From contig OX597826.1 in NCBI GenBank assembly GCA_951406725.2, positions 74,462,001 to 74,526,000 on the forward strand: DNA of 64,000 nucleotides, written 5' to 3'. Shown in pieces: positions 1 to 12,390 of the stretch (positions within the stretch are counted from its first letter, which is position 1; every line of letters begins with the position of its first letter). The notes beneath the pieces were generated by a model. The model ran no database searches and was not told where the DNA came from. It was given only the letters and a program-made list of their open reading frames with translations. The stretch comes from Octopus vulgaris (taxonomy: Eukaryota). A program made the translations under genes and the position numbers.

Positions 1-59
1 GACCCGGGGCCGGTTCTAAGTGCAGTGTAGCCATAAAGAACACAGATTGGGTTTTAAAT

Positions 60-140
60 TTACGACAGCTGTTTCGGTAGGGTTTTTATTGGTGTATTCT
101 TAGATTACATCATAGCATATAATCCCCCATTCTCAGGTAA
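60..140 (-). ncRNA. Decayed type I hammerhead motif with long stem II insert (PLE-type terminal repeat)
   Basis: Minus strand reads ttac-CTGAGAA-(~55 nt)-GAAAC-agct-GTC-gtaa. Stem I is ttac/gtaa, the loop is the palindrome AGCT and the triplet is GUC, but G8 is lost. Confidence 0.55.
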
Positions 141-219
141 TATTATAAGCAGGGGTGATAATACGTTGATGATAATGAATCCAACCAACATTTTTGGATA
201 AGTATGTATGTACATACAT

Positions 220-252
<33 letters not shown>

Positions 253-310
253 CACATATATATATACATACATACATACATACATACATACATACATACA
301 TACACACAAA

Positions 311-476
311 GGCGCAGGAGTAGCTGTGTGGTAAGTAGTTTGCTTACAAACCACATGGTTCCGGTTTCAGTCCCACTACGTGGCACCTTGGGCAAGTGTC
401 TTCTACTATAGCCACGGGCCGATCAAAGCCTTGTGAGTGGATTTGGTAGACGGAAACTGAAAGAAGCTCGTCGTAT

Positions 477-538
<62 letters not shown>

Positions 539-774
539 AAGTGTGTAAGTATGTGTATGTTTGTGTTTGTGTGTCTGTTTATGCCCCTAACATCACTTGA
601 CAACCGATGCTGGTGTGTTTACGTCCCCATAACTTAGCGGTTCGGCAAAAGAGACCGATAGAATAAGTACTAAGCTTACAAAGAATAAGTCCTGGGGTTT
701 ATTTGTTCGACTAAAGGCGGTGCTCCAGCATGGCCACAGTCAAATGACTGGAATAAATAAAAGAATAAAAGAAT
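311..774 (+). mobile_element. tRNA-derived SINE family A, full length, with internal CA/TA/TG microsatellite
   Basis: Head ggcgcaggagtagctgtgtggtaag...ggtttcagtccc and tail ggcggtgctccagcatggccacagtcaaatgactg; more than 15 similar copies in the window. Confidence 0.9.
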
Positions 775-780
775 ATATAT

Positions 781-1038
781 GGAGCGCCGCCTTTAGTCGA
801 GCAAATCAACCCCAGGACTTATTCTTTGTAAGCTTAGTACTTATTTTATTGGTCTCTTTTGCCGAACCGCTAAGTTACAGGGACGTAAACACACCAGCAT
901 ATGTTGTCAAGCGATGTTGGGGGGGGGGGGATAAACAGACACACACACACACAAACATACACACACATATATATATGTGTGTGTGTATACGACGGGCTTC
1001 TTTCAGTTTCCTTTTACCAAATCAACTCACAAGGCTTT
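781..1038 (-). mobile_element. SINE family A, partial
   Basis: Reverse complement of the family A body. Confidence 0.85.
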
Positions 1039-1166
1039 TCAAATGAAAGATAGAAGATGGAATATACGAGAATTTATTATTAATCATTACAGTCGTTATA
1101 TGTGTTATCCATTCTGTATATTGCCGTGTTATTTGTAACGAATGCTTGATACCCAGAAATTTGCCT

Positions 1167-1210
1167 CTGGTAACTCTTTTCGCCAAAACAATCCATCCTT
1201 CATCGGGCAG
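1167..1210 (-). ncRNA. Heavily decayed hammerhead-like motif in a PLE-type terminal fragment
   Basis: Minus strand reads ctgc-CCGATGA-aggatggattgttttggc-GAAA-agag-TTA-ccag. Confidence 0.35.
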
Positions 1211-1969
1211 CCGATAACTACACCGGATGTTCCACCCAACTTGCTTGGTACGCTTCCGCATGAAAAGCAAACCTTCTAAAATGTATGGACAGACTCAGAA
1301 ATGTTAACGACCATTCAATAGAGATAGGATATCATCTTAAACTGGTAGAACACGCGTTATACTGTGAGCGTCTACCAGCCAACTGTGGTTGTAAAATCGA
1401 TATGTTTTGCCTTGTACTTGTCCGCTGTCTGTAGTACAACTCATTGAGGGAGCGCTACTGGTAACAGTTAGAAATGTTAGTTCTTAAATCCTTTTCAAGC
1501 AGACTAATGAAATAGTAATGTTTATGACCACCTCAATATGGCTGTTCGATGAGACTGCCAATCAAATGAGGCCAGCTGATCGATCAACAATATTCAATGA
1601 AAAAGGACAAATATTTGACCGATTTGCAGAGCACTTCCTGCAATTTACTCAATATACAACGACACAACATTAGAAAACTTAACGTATCACACAGTTGGGG
1701 TCTCTTGGGTGACCCTCTAAGAGTGAAAGCGGTGACGTTCCACCGATGTCCATCTCGATTAGAAAGACATCAAAAGTGGATCAGGCTTCGGGAGAAGCGT
1801 TGAAAAATTAAAGAGAAATGTTTATTCGTATGGCGGAGTCTTTTATGCACGTTCCTGATCAGATCACGTAAACGACATTCAGATCAACCAAGATTGCATA
1901 CTTACACCGACGTTATTCTAATTTTATCTGAGAACTCTGTTCGAAGCTGCATTCTGTAACTGGTATCGA

Positions 1970-2620
<651 letters not shown>

Positions 2621-2779
2621 TTCTAGCGATAATCTGTTTAAAGTTACGCAACTTAATGCTAAGACTAAGATTACACATACAGTAGGGAGAAACATGTTGT
2701 TTGCTGCTGATTACGTTCTTGTGGTGCAATGGCGTATAGAATATATAAAGCCTGATGGATGTTTTGTACGGTACAGCCA

Positions 2780-3235
2780 CACAGTTTGGCTTCAGAATTG
2801 ATATCTAGAATATTTAAGTTCTTTATCATCCTAATCCGTTTGTACAACTGGCACAGTCCGAGCCAATCGTTATCGAAGGGCACAAGCTGGTTGATATAAA
2901 CTACTTTACTTATCTAGGCAGCACAATAAGGAAAGACAGCGTCGGGAATGGTGGAAAGAAAACCAGGTTTGCCAGCAGAGAAGAGATGCTGATGCCGTGA
3001 AACCTCCGCTTGTTTTGAGCAACGTTTTAAGACTGGAGGATACCCGGTTGCTAAGAAAAAATATATCGCTTCACAGCTGCCAGGTGGAACGGGAAACCTG
3101 AGTAAACCCTTTGCTGAGACACAAGGAGATGGATAAATGTAACATGAGAAGGTTGGAGATTGATAGCCACAGCTGAGCCCCAGAAACTAGTGGAGTAGAT
3201 CAGTTCACTTTCGACATTACAGGTCGTACTATTTT
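2780..3235 (+). mobile_element. Decayed RTE-like LINE fragments
   Basis: tttacttatctaggcagcacaata translates to FTYLGSTI, the RT C-terminal F.YLGS motif of RTE elements. Confidence 0.5.
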
Positions 3236-3245
3236 ATTCGGACAA

Positions 3246-4032
3246 GGCGGCGAGCTGGCGGAATCGTTAGCACGCCGGGCGAATTGCGCAGCCGTATTTC
3301 GTCTGCCATTACGTTCTGAGTTCAAATTCCGCCGAGGTCGACTTTGCCTTTCATCCTTTTTTGGGGTCGATTAATTAAGTACCAGTTACGCACTGGGGTC
3401 GATGCAATCGACTTAATTCGTTTGTCTGTCCTTGTTTGTCTGTTCTCTCTGTGTTTAGCCCCTTGTAGGTAGTAAAGAAATAGAAATAGGTGTTTCGTCA
3501 GACTTCTGAGTTCAAATTCCGCCGAGGTCGACTTTGCCTTTCATCCTTTCGGGGTCGATTTAAATAAGTACCAGTTACGCACTGGGGTAGATATAATCGA
3601 CTTAATCCGTTTGTCTGTCCTTGTTTGTCTGTTCTCTCTGTGTTTAGCCCCTTATGGGTAGTAAAGAAATAGGTATTTCGTCTGCCGTTACATTCTGAGT
3701 TCAAATTCCGCCAAGGACGACTTTGCCTTTCATCCTTTTTGGGGTCGATAAATTAAGTACCAGTTACGCAGTGGGATCGTTGTAATTGACTTAATTCCTT
3801 TGTCTGTCCTTGTTTGTACCCTATATGTTTAGCCCCTTGTGGGTAGTAAAGAAATAAGAAACGTTAGCACGCCGGGCGAAATGCTTAGCGGTATTTCGTC
3901 AGTCTTCTGAGTTCAAATTCCGCTGAGGACGACTTTCAGGGTCGATAAATTAAGTACCTTTTGCGTAGTGAAGTCGACCTCATCGACTGGCCCCCTCCCC
4001 AAAATTTCAGGCCTTGTGCCTAGAGTAGAAAA
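3246..4032 (+). mobile_element. tRNA-derived SINE family B, tandem multimer
   Basis: Head ggcggcgagctggcggaatcgttagc, B box gagttcaaattcc, and repeated gcctttcatcctttcggggtcgataaattaagtacca (Meta-domain-like). Confidence 0.9.
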
Positions 4033-4159
4033 TATTTTGAATGGACAGTCATCATCGACTAATTATGAACTACTTATGAATAAGTTTAAACTTCATGTAT
4101 AAACTATATATTATTTATATTGTCAGTTATATACATTCCCCACTGTATATATGATATTC

Positions 4160-4500
4160 ATAATGTAAACCGGATGATCCTGGTTGGCATTGATAACGTT
4201 TCGTTTATATTTATTGGTTCCTGTAAGAAGTGATACACAGTATTGATAATGTATGGTTTCTGTTGGTTTTTAGTAAATATTTCGTTTTTGGAATTGGTTT
4301 GCAAGATTCTTTATGTGAGTTTGTGTGTTGAAGCATATTCTGCTGTGTCTGGGAAGCGTCATTTTCTTTTTGTACCTTATAATTTTACACACTCACCGGT
4401 AAAATTTCCACTTTTTTCTTATTTTTATTTTCCTAAAATTTTCGTTGCATCTTCCAACCTTTTCAATAGTCTTGACTCTGTCCGTTATTTACACTGCGTT
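4160..4500 (-). mobile_element. PLE-type terminal repeat fragment with hammerhead and decayed ORF start
   Basis: HHR motif at 4433-4469, followed on the minus strand by a short decayed ATG frame (MTLPRHSRICFNTQTHIKNLANQF). Confidence 0.5.
4433..4469 (-). ncRNA. Minimal hammerhead, U3-A8 variant
   Basis: cta-TTGAAAA-g-gttg-gaagatg-caac-GAAA-at-TT-tag; stem III is the palindrome AAATTT. Confidence 0.55.
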
Positions 4501-4971
4501 CCTTTTTGTTTGTTTGTGCGCATGTGTATGGGTCAGTGTGTGTGTGTGCCTATACATGCATGCATGTACATACGTATGTATGTATGTATGTATGTATGTA
4601 TGTATGTATGTATGTATGTATGTATGTATGTATATATGTATGTGTGTATGTATGCATCTGTGTGTATGTATATATGTGTGTGTATGCATATGTATATATG
4701 TATGTATGTATGTGTGTGCATCTGCATGTATGTATCCTGCACATTCATGTGCTTGCATGTCTGTGTTTGTGTATTTTCTATGTATTTGTGTGTGTGAGCG
4801 TGTGTTTGTATATGTAAGCACCTACGTCTCCTTGTGTGTGCATGTCTGTGTGTGTATGTCTGTGTGTGTATGTGTGTGTGTGTTTTGCAACTATGTACCA
4901 TGTTTGTATGTATGGCTGTGCATCTCTATATGTGTGGACCCGTGTCTCCATATGTGTCCTTGTATGGAGTA

Positions 4972-5013
<42 letters not shown>

Positions 5014-5385
5014 GGTCATGTGTTTCAGTCTCCATTTGCGTATGTGTGCTTGTCTGTTCCTATAACCTATGTACCTATCCGTCTGTATTTTTATCTGTTT
5101 ATTTTCATATTTATATACTGGAAAGCTTGAGCTTCTAGTAGATTGCTCTTATGGGTAATAAGGGTCGGATAGTGTTTCCAGTACGGGGTCTAAAAGATGA
5201 ATAATAACAACAATAATAATGGTAATGAGAAAGGAAGGCGAAACAGGTGGTTTCGAGGGAAGTTAAGTCGGGGTGATGAGCATAACGATGAAATAAGTTA
5301 CGGGATGCAGAGACTGTTTTACGAGCGGTGGGATTGTAGTTGATGGGTCCGCTTTCGTAGACACACACACACGCGCACGCACACA

Positions 5386-5453
<68 letters not shown>

Positions 5454-5454
5454 T

Positions 5455-5590
5455 GTATATACGACGGGCTTCTACGCAATTTCCGTCTACCAAACACCTT
5501 CACAAGACATTTGTTGGCACGGGGCTATAGTAGAAGACTCTTTCCCAAGATGTCGCAGGGTGAGACTGAACTCGGAATCGCGTGCTCAAT
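5455..5590 (-). mobile_element. SINE family A, diverged 5' part
   Basis: Similarity to the family A head and body. Confidence 0.75.
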
Positions 5591-5649
5591 CGTACTTCTA
5601 TAGTTAATTAATATATTACTAATGTGTGATTTTCAAATCGGATCAAGCA

Positions 5650-6256
5650 ATAATCCGAGGAAGATATTTTCCTACAATCCTAACATGCGCAAGCAGTGGT
5701 TAAGCAAAGGCCAACTTCCGGAACCTGTCGCCATACGTAGCCGTTTCGAATACAAGGTGATGCTCTGCGTCTGGTGGAATTAAGAGACAATAATTCGCTA
5801 CGTATTCGTTCCGGACATTCGAACCATCGATGTCAACTTGTACTCTGATTGGTTAACAGAAAGTGAGTTCTTCTGCGGCAAACCACGCAAGACCTCCTCA
5901 AAATGCTCACGAATGATCTGGAATGAAGTCCAGGAACTGGAGGGAATCAAACTGATATCACATCCAGCATATAGACCGACCCTAGCTCCCTCGGATAATC
6001 ACTTGGGCCAATCACTCCCTGCGCTCGCGACGTTTCATTGACCGTAAGAAGGTGGAAGTTTCGTGTGAAGAAGTTCTTTGCCTTGAAGGACAAGAAGTGT
6101 TATCAGCATGGAATCAAAGGACTGGCAGAAGGGTGGTTTTAGATGGTGGTGCAACACGAAGGCCTCTACTTTGAATGCTTGTCTACTTTTGTTGTAACTT
6201 GACGAACAAAACCAATAAGTTACCAAAATATTTCAAGACTTTCGACTGAGCACAAT
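5650..6256 (+). mobile_element. mariner transposase relic with right end
   Basis: Translates to RKQWLSKGQLPEP...KVMLCVWWN and HPAYRPTLAPSDNHL (mariner HPPYSPDLAPSDYHL motif), with stops and frameshifts. Confidence 0.85.
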
Positions 6257-6312
6257 TAATGGTGATCAGTTAACAAAGGATCAGTCTTGGTCAACTGCTT
6301 GAACAACTTACA

Positions 6313-6502
6313 CTTTTACTTGTTTCAGTCATTTGACTGTGGCCATGCTGGAGCACCGCCTTTAGTCGAACAAAATCGATACTAGGACTTATTCTTTGTA
6401 AGCCTACTACTTATTCTATCGGTCTATTTTGCCGAACCACTGAGTTCCGGGGACGTAAACATACCAGCATCGGTTGTCAAGCGATGTTGGGGAACAAACA
6501 CA

Positions 6503-6586
<84 letters not shown>

Positions 6587-6765
6587 CATATATACATATA
6601 CATATATACGACGGGCTTCTTTCAGTTTCCGTCTACCAAATCCACTCACAAGGCTTTGGTCGGTCCGAGACTACAGAAGAATACACATGCCCAAGGTGGC
6701 ACGCAGTGGGACTGAACCCGGAGCCATGTGGTTCGTAAGCAAGCTACTTACCACACACCCACTCC
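6313..6765 (-). mobile_element. SINE family A, full length
   Basis: Reverse complement of the family A consensus. Confidence 0.9.
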
Positions 6766-7999
6766 AACTTGTTGAAGGTTTAAAGACAATCAAACTATTT
6801 TTATTTAAGAAAACATGGAACGTAATTTTCCTCGCCCACATAATTTTGCGCGGCTCTGTAAACTGAGAGTTAACACAGATAGTATCTGAAGGAACTTAAT
6901 ATTAAACTGCTAGGCTCCAGGAAAAATCTATTTACAGGTTTCCTTAAATTGATCAAGAGTTTTTAGAGTAAATTCGAAATGTTTCAACGTGATTTAGAAA
7001 GTAAAATTTTTATGTACTTCCCAAGGGAAAATAAAACATTTCAAAGAAAAATAAAAACAGCTGTAAGAATTTTAAACAATATCCACAACCATTTATAAAA
7101 GTTCTAGGGACCGCGACTGAGCGGTTTTCTTCAGCGTTTTCGAGAAAGCAATATAATTTATCAAAAACGTTGATGAAGTAGATCCGTATGTGTTTGAGTG
7201 GTTGCTGCATTTTAAGAGATTTCGGAATGCAGTTAGAGGATGACAACTCCTCGTTTCATTCTATTTCGAAGTAAACATTCATTTACACTTAAAGGTAATT
7301 TAAAACGAAACTAAATGTGAATGTCTACAAGTAATCGTGAACAAACATTTAGACTGTGAACCTCTGAGGATGGGAATTGCATTCCCGAAAAGTTTGGTGC
7401 TCTTAAAATTCTTACAAAAGCACTCGCAATTATTTTCTCATCATCGCATTTAATGTACAACATTGTTCTCAGCACTAAATAAAAAAAATATTTAAAAAAA
7501 ATAGACAAATAAACAAATAAGAGCGGACGATAACTTCGGTGAAGTTTTCACAAGATTTTAAAAATGTCTTCACACTGTTTCTGCCATAATGCAGTTGCCT
7601 TCTTCAACTGAGCAAAAGTGTTAAAGTTACGGTGACTTTTGTATTTTCTTTTTAAGAATGAAGAATTTTAAGAATACCGATAAATTTAAGAGAATCAGAA
7701 GAAGTAGTAAACACGTTTTGTGACACTTCAATTAAATTTCGACAAGGCTTAAAGTATGCAAAGAAGATCTGTTGTTATCGTTGTACTGAAGTAAGAACTA
7801 TGACTGACTTTTCATTCGTAGTTTGACTTTTGAAATGATGGGGGTGGTGAGGGTGGGGTAACATGTTTACTTTCACATCTCCACTATTTGTACAGAGTGA
7901 AACAATGGATTCAACGAAAAACGAAGGAGAAGGAAGGGAGTAGTAGTAGTAGTAGTAGTAGGAGGAGGAGGAGGAGGAGGAGGAGGCACACGTCATTGC

Positions 8000-8830
8000 A
8001 TAAAACAATGCCTTTCTTAATAAGATATCAGAAACCAAATTATGGAATGACTCCTTCTGAAAATACTTTGAAATTTGGAATAAAATAGAGTACAAAAACT
8101 TTTTTAAAAAATATTTGCAAGTAATAAAAACTAGAAGACAGCAGATAGAAAAAATGCTTATGAGATCTAAGCAGGAATAAATAAAACGTTGGGAAAATAA
8201 ACCCGATCGGTGCCGAAAGGAAGTTAATCTGAGACAAAAATATTACAAAGACGAGATTCTGATAAGAGGAATTCAATGCAACTGCCAATGTATCTATATG
8301 GTATCTTAACCAATATAAAATTACTGTGTAAACATCAAAACAAGAAAATTCTTTATCAATAGAAAATGTCGTATCCAAAAGAGGCAACGGTCTTTAGGTA
8401 ACTGGAGACAGACATCGAAACATTTACAAGTTGAACTCAGATCTTGAAATAAAACAAGGTATGTTACTAAAAATAACTGTTCGGCATAACAATAGAGAAA
8501 ACCCCCCAGTATATACATAAAGGCGAATAATCAAATTCCTTAATAGGTTTTCTACAACATAGAGGCATGCGAGGAACTCAAATACACCAAAGCAGCCGAC
8601 TCCAACAAACACATTGAAAAGCTACGAGTTACATGCAAAGGGTTGCAGTCAGAGATCAAAAGTAAAGCAGAGAATACAATGAACACCAAGCGAGAAATAA
8701 AATCATAACACAGTGGGTTTCTGAAAAGGTTAAATAAACCTAATTGCAACAAAGAACAAAGGAAGACTGACAGTATCCAGGCTAGAAAGCGAACGAAACG
8801 CTTTATGGCTGCATATCATGAACGGAAATT
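8000..8830 (+). mobile_element. Decayed LINE (RTE-like) ORF relic
   Basis: A-rich coding-like strand bias; acacagtgggtttctgaaaag translates to TQWVSEK, like the W(I/V)S linker motif between EN and RT. Confidence 0.4.
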
Positions 8831-8902
8831 TGTATGGAATATGAATTATATATACTAAAGTAAATAACCGATTGTAGACAATAATAATGTCACTGTTCTA
8901 TA

Positions 8903-9076
8903 TTTGAACACTGTTCTATTTCACCACTACGCCATATGACCACGGGCATGTGGCCTAGTGGTTAAGAGCGCGGGCTTCTAACCACAAGATTCCGAGTTCG
9001 ATTCCAAGCAGTGACCTGAACAATAATAATAACTATAATAATAATAATAATAATAACAATAATAATAATAATAATG

Positions 9077-9136
<60 letters not shown>

Positions 9137-9286
9137 TCGAAAAATACCTTAGGAATGAGAATCCAGGTTCGAAATTTCCCCAAGACACCTGAAGAAGGCT
9201 GAAGGGTATATCAGCCGAAACGTTGTGTTGACAACAAACAAGATGAGGACAAATATCCGTCGAATGTAAATAATGTAAATAATATA
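8903..9286 (+). mobile_element. tRNA-headed SINE-like unit containing (AAT)n and a hammerhead, flanked by 20-bp direct repeats
   Basis: A box tggcctagtgg (8951), B box agttcgattcc (8995), HHR at 9184-9229, tail (tgtaaataa)x3, and TSD-like aataa(t/c)gtcact(g/a)ttctata at 8883-8902 and 9287-9306. Confidence 0.7.
9184..9229 (+). ncRNA. Minimal type I hammerhead ribozyme motif, core intact
   Basis: gacac-CTGAAGA-a-ggctga-agggtata-tcagcc-GAAAC-GTT-gtgtt; perfect 6-bp stem II and palindromic AACGTT stem III. Confidence 0.75.
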
Positions 9287-9336
9287 AATAACGTCACTAT
9301 TCTATAAGTTCAGTGACACAAGACTAAACAATGATA

Positions 9337-9399
<63 letters not shown>

Positions 9400-9798
9400 G
9401 TGTGTGTACACATTGATGCAATATACAAGCAAATATATAGATGCATGCACATAAGCACATAAAAATCTATGCACATCGATACGTGCATGCATACACATAT
9501 ACATGTGTACACACGGTGTGACAGCTGTGTTTGGCGCGGGTAAAAATTTCTTGAATCTGTAATGAACACCACCGCTCTCACCAAGGCAGCAATAGTCAGC
9601 TACATTAAATAACGGATTACTTTTCTGGTCACATTCATTGAAGAAACCTTTTATTCAAGAACGTAAATATATGCGGGTCAAACTTGGATAATTCATTATG
9701 AAAAGAGATTCGCTTCAAACATCGCGGCCAGGCGCGAAACATGAGCACTGGAGGAGATTCGAAGAGAAACTTAATCGTCAAAGTTAAAAGGAATGTTA

Positions 9799-10093
9799 TT
9801 GTGTTGAGTCAAGAATTTTGCAGTATTTTGGTGACTTACTTGTTCCGATCCATGGCTCACTTCTTGGGGTCATAATGCTTCATTAACCAAGAGAAAGTGG
9901 AAGTTTCAGTGAATGAGTTCTTCGCTTCAAAGGACAAGAAATGATACCAGTGTGGGATCAAAGAACTGGTAGAAAGATGGATCCACATGGAGCCACCCGA
10001 TGACCTCTACTTTGAATGCTGGGCTGCTTTAGTTGTGACTTGAATAAAGCAAATAAGTTACAAAAATATAGTTAAACTTTTGGTTCAACACAA
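9799..10093 (+). mobile_element. Internally deleted mariner (same family as 5650-6256)
   Basis: TIRs ttgtgttga.../...tcaacacaa with TA flanks; the 3' part aligns by eye to 6050-6250. Confidence 0.75.
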
Positions 10094-10314
10094 TAGTTGT
10101 AAATAAAAAGAAACCGAAGGCCATCAAGTGCATTTTTCATGGTATTAAGAATCCCTTAATGAAATGTGTAAATGCGATCAATTGGCAAAAGAAAAATCCC
10201 TCTCTTGGCTGTATGAACTGAATGAAAGGATACATGGACAGACTTCAACCCGAACAGAATTGTTTCATGACTAAGGAATCACATTGATGCAAAAAGTTTT
10301 TGAACGATGGAAGA

Positions 10315-10495
10315 ATCGGCAGAGTGCCGAACAAAATGTCTTGCGTATTTCTTCCAGATTTTTATTTTCTGAGTCAAAATCCTGTCGAGGTCAGTACTAT
10401 TTATCCCAGAGGGGTCAATAAAATAAAGTACCTCTGATAGTGTGGGCGTTAGTATCTCCTTAGAAAGTTGCTGGTTTTGTGCCTGAAATAAAAAT
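10315..10495 (+). mobile_element. SINE family B, diverged
   Basis: ttctgagtcaaaatcctgtcgaggtc...ggggtcaataaaataaagtacc. Confidence 0.6.
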
Positions 10496-11211
10496 AAATA
10501 TCATTTCACAAAGTGCAAACCGTGCACAAATGCAATAAACAGTAATCCGCGCAGAAATAGAAATCAAAGTTAATCGCTCCGTTTAGTTGTCCTGATCAAC
10601 CAGGAAACGAAATGCCTTCTAATCGAAATATCGATCCCATTAGACAACAATAATGTGCTTCTAAAAGAAATTAAAAGATTTTATTTATTTATTTAGAAAG
10701 ATAAGCAGAATGTACCGATTGAAATGAGTAACGATTGAAATGAGTAACGATCTCTATAATAATAAAAAAACCCCTATTTTGTGAATGATTAAAAGAAATG
10801 CATACAAATATATGTCCAAACTCTTAGGATTTCGAAATATGCGAATGGTACGACTGAGCACTGTAAACATAAAACATGAAGTTCTTTCAATACTATGCAA
10901 AACACAAAACACTGCCTAACTAAGGTTCTCAGAACCACGAACAACAGCAGCAGCAGCAGCCGTCCAAAGATTTCGACCTGGAGATCTCCATTTCCAGCGA
11001 CTTCGACGACCACCTCCCAGGGGTGTCGGGCGTCAACGAAGAGCCCTCGACTACAACAAAACGACCAAAGTTGTTTTTTTCAAAGGTCTGGGGTCTCCCG
11101 CCCCTAAGCCCTAGACCATCACCTAATCACCCTTACCCGTGTTGTTGCTTAACAACAACAACAATAGAAGCAGCACACTGAAAGCATATAATAAAACTAA
11201 CACTAACTATA

Positions 11212-11605
11212 GGCACAGGCGTGGCTGTGTGGTAAGAAGTTTGCTTCCCAACCAGATGGTTCTGGGTTCAGTCCCTTGGGCAAATGTCATCTACTATAGC
11301 CTTGTGTCAACCAAAGCCTTGTGAGTGGATTTGGTTGACGGAAATTGAAAGAAGCTCGTCGTGTATGAATGTATATCTGTGTGTATGTTTTTGTGTCTGT
11401 GCTTGTCTTCCACCACCGCTTGACAACCGGTGTATGCGTGTTTACGTCCCCGTAACTAGCAGTTTAACGAAACCGACCAACAGAATAAGTACCGGGCTTT
11501 AAAAGATAAGCATTGAGGTAGATTCGTTCGACTAAACGTTCATCAAGGCAGCGCTCCAGCATGGCCTCAGTCTAATTGACTAAAACAAGTGAAAAACAAA
11601 AGATA
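11212..11605 (+). mobile_element. SINE family A
   Basis: Head, body and tail match family A. Confidence 0.85.
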
Positions 11606-11696
11606 AAATTATTACTAATTAATAATGGATTCAATTATAATTCACTCATTATGTGTCGGCCCTTAAAATCTTCTGTCAATATACCAACATCAGGAG

Positions 11697-11904
11697 GGCG
11701 GCGAGCTGGCAGAATCGTTAGCACGTCGGGCGAAATGCTTAGCGGTATTTCGTCTACGTTTTGAGTTAAAATTCCGCCGAGGTCGAATTTGCCTTTCATT
11801 CTTTCGGGCTCGATTAAATAAGTACCAGTTACATCGACCTAATCCTTTCGTCTGTCTTTGTTTGTCCCCTCTATGTTTAGCCCCTTGTGGGCAATAAAGA
11901 AATA
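11697..11904 (+). mobile_element. SINE family B monomer with target-site duplication
   Basis: Direct repeat aatataccaaca at 11678-11689 and 11905-11916. Confidence 0.88.
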
Positions 11905-11926
11905 AATATACCAACAATAGGAATCA

Positions 11927-12390
11927 TGTAGTAAAGATTGTTTGCCAACATAATATGGCAGTCCTGGTTTAGGATGAATGTTGCTGTAATTTAGCCCCAG
12001 GAGACATCATCTCCAGCTGGCTATACAACACGATCTGTGTCCTTATATTTTCGAACAAGGGAATCTAGCACCCCACTTAGCTCAAAACAATATCTGTGTA
12101 TCACAATTTCTGGGTTATTTCCCTTCATCAGCACAGAATAATTGTTCGGCTAGAGGTGGCGCTGCCAAATTTCCGTTCGAAATATATAGTTTTCAAATAA
12201 CCAAAAAAATCGCGATACACAGATATTGTTTTGAGCTGAGTTGGGGTGCTAGATTCCCTTGTCCGAAAATATAAGGACACAGATCGTGTCGTATAGCCAG
12301 CTGGAGACAATGTCTCCTGGGGCTAAATTACAGCAACATTCATCCTAAACCAGGACTGCCATGCTATGTTGACAAACAATCTTTACTACA
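11927..12390. mobile_element. MITE with ~185-bp terminal inverted repeats
   Basis: Termini tgtagtaaagattgtttg.../...caaacaatctttactaca; arms pair over about 185 bp around a ~90-bp spacer. Confidence 0.85.

Noticed and set aside
7010-7508. Short minus-strand ORFs as host exons or a pogo transposase
   Set aside because: Only vague motif resemblance and no convincing splice pattern.
8944-9020. Functional tRNA gene (also other SINE heads)
   Set aside because: A and B boxes are present, but the acceptor stem does not pair and the sequence continues into a SINE body.
12110-12136. CTGATGA...GAAA on the minus strand in the MITE spacer
   Set aside because: Only 3 nt separate the core halves, so there is no stem II; not a hammerhead.
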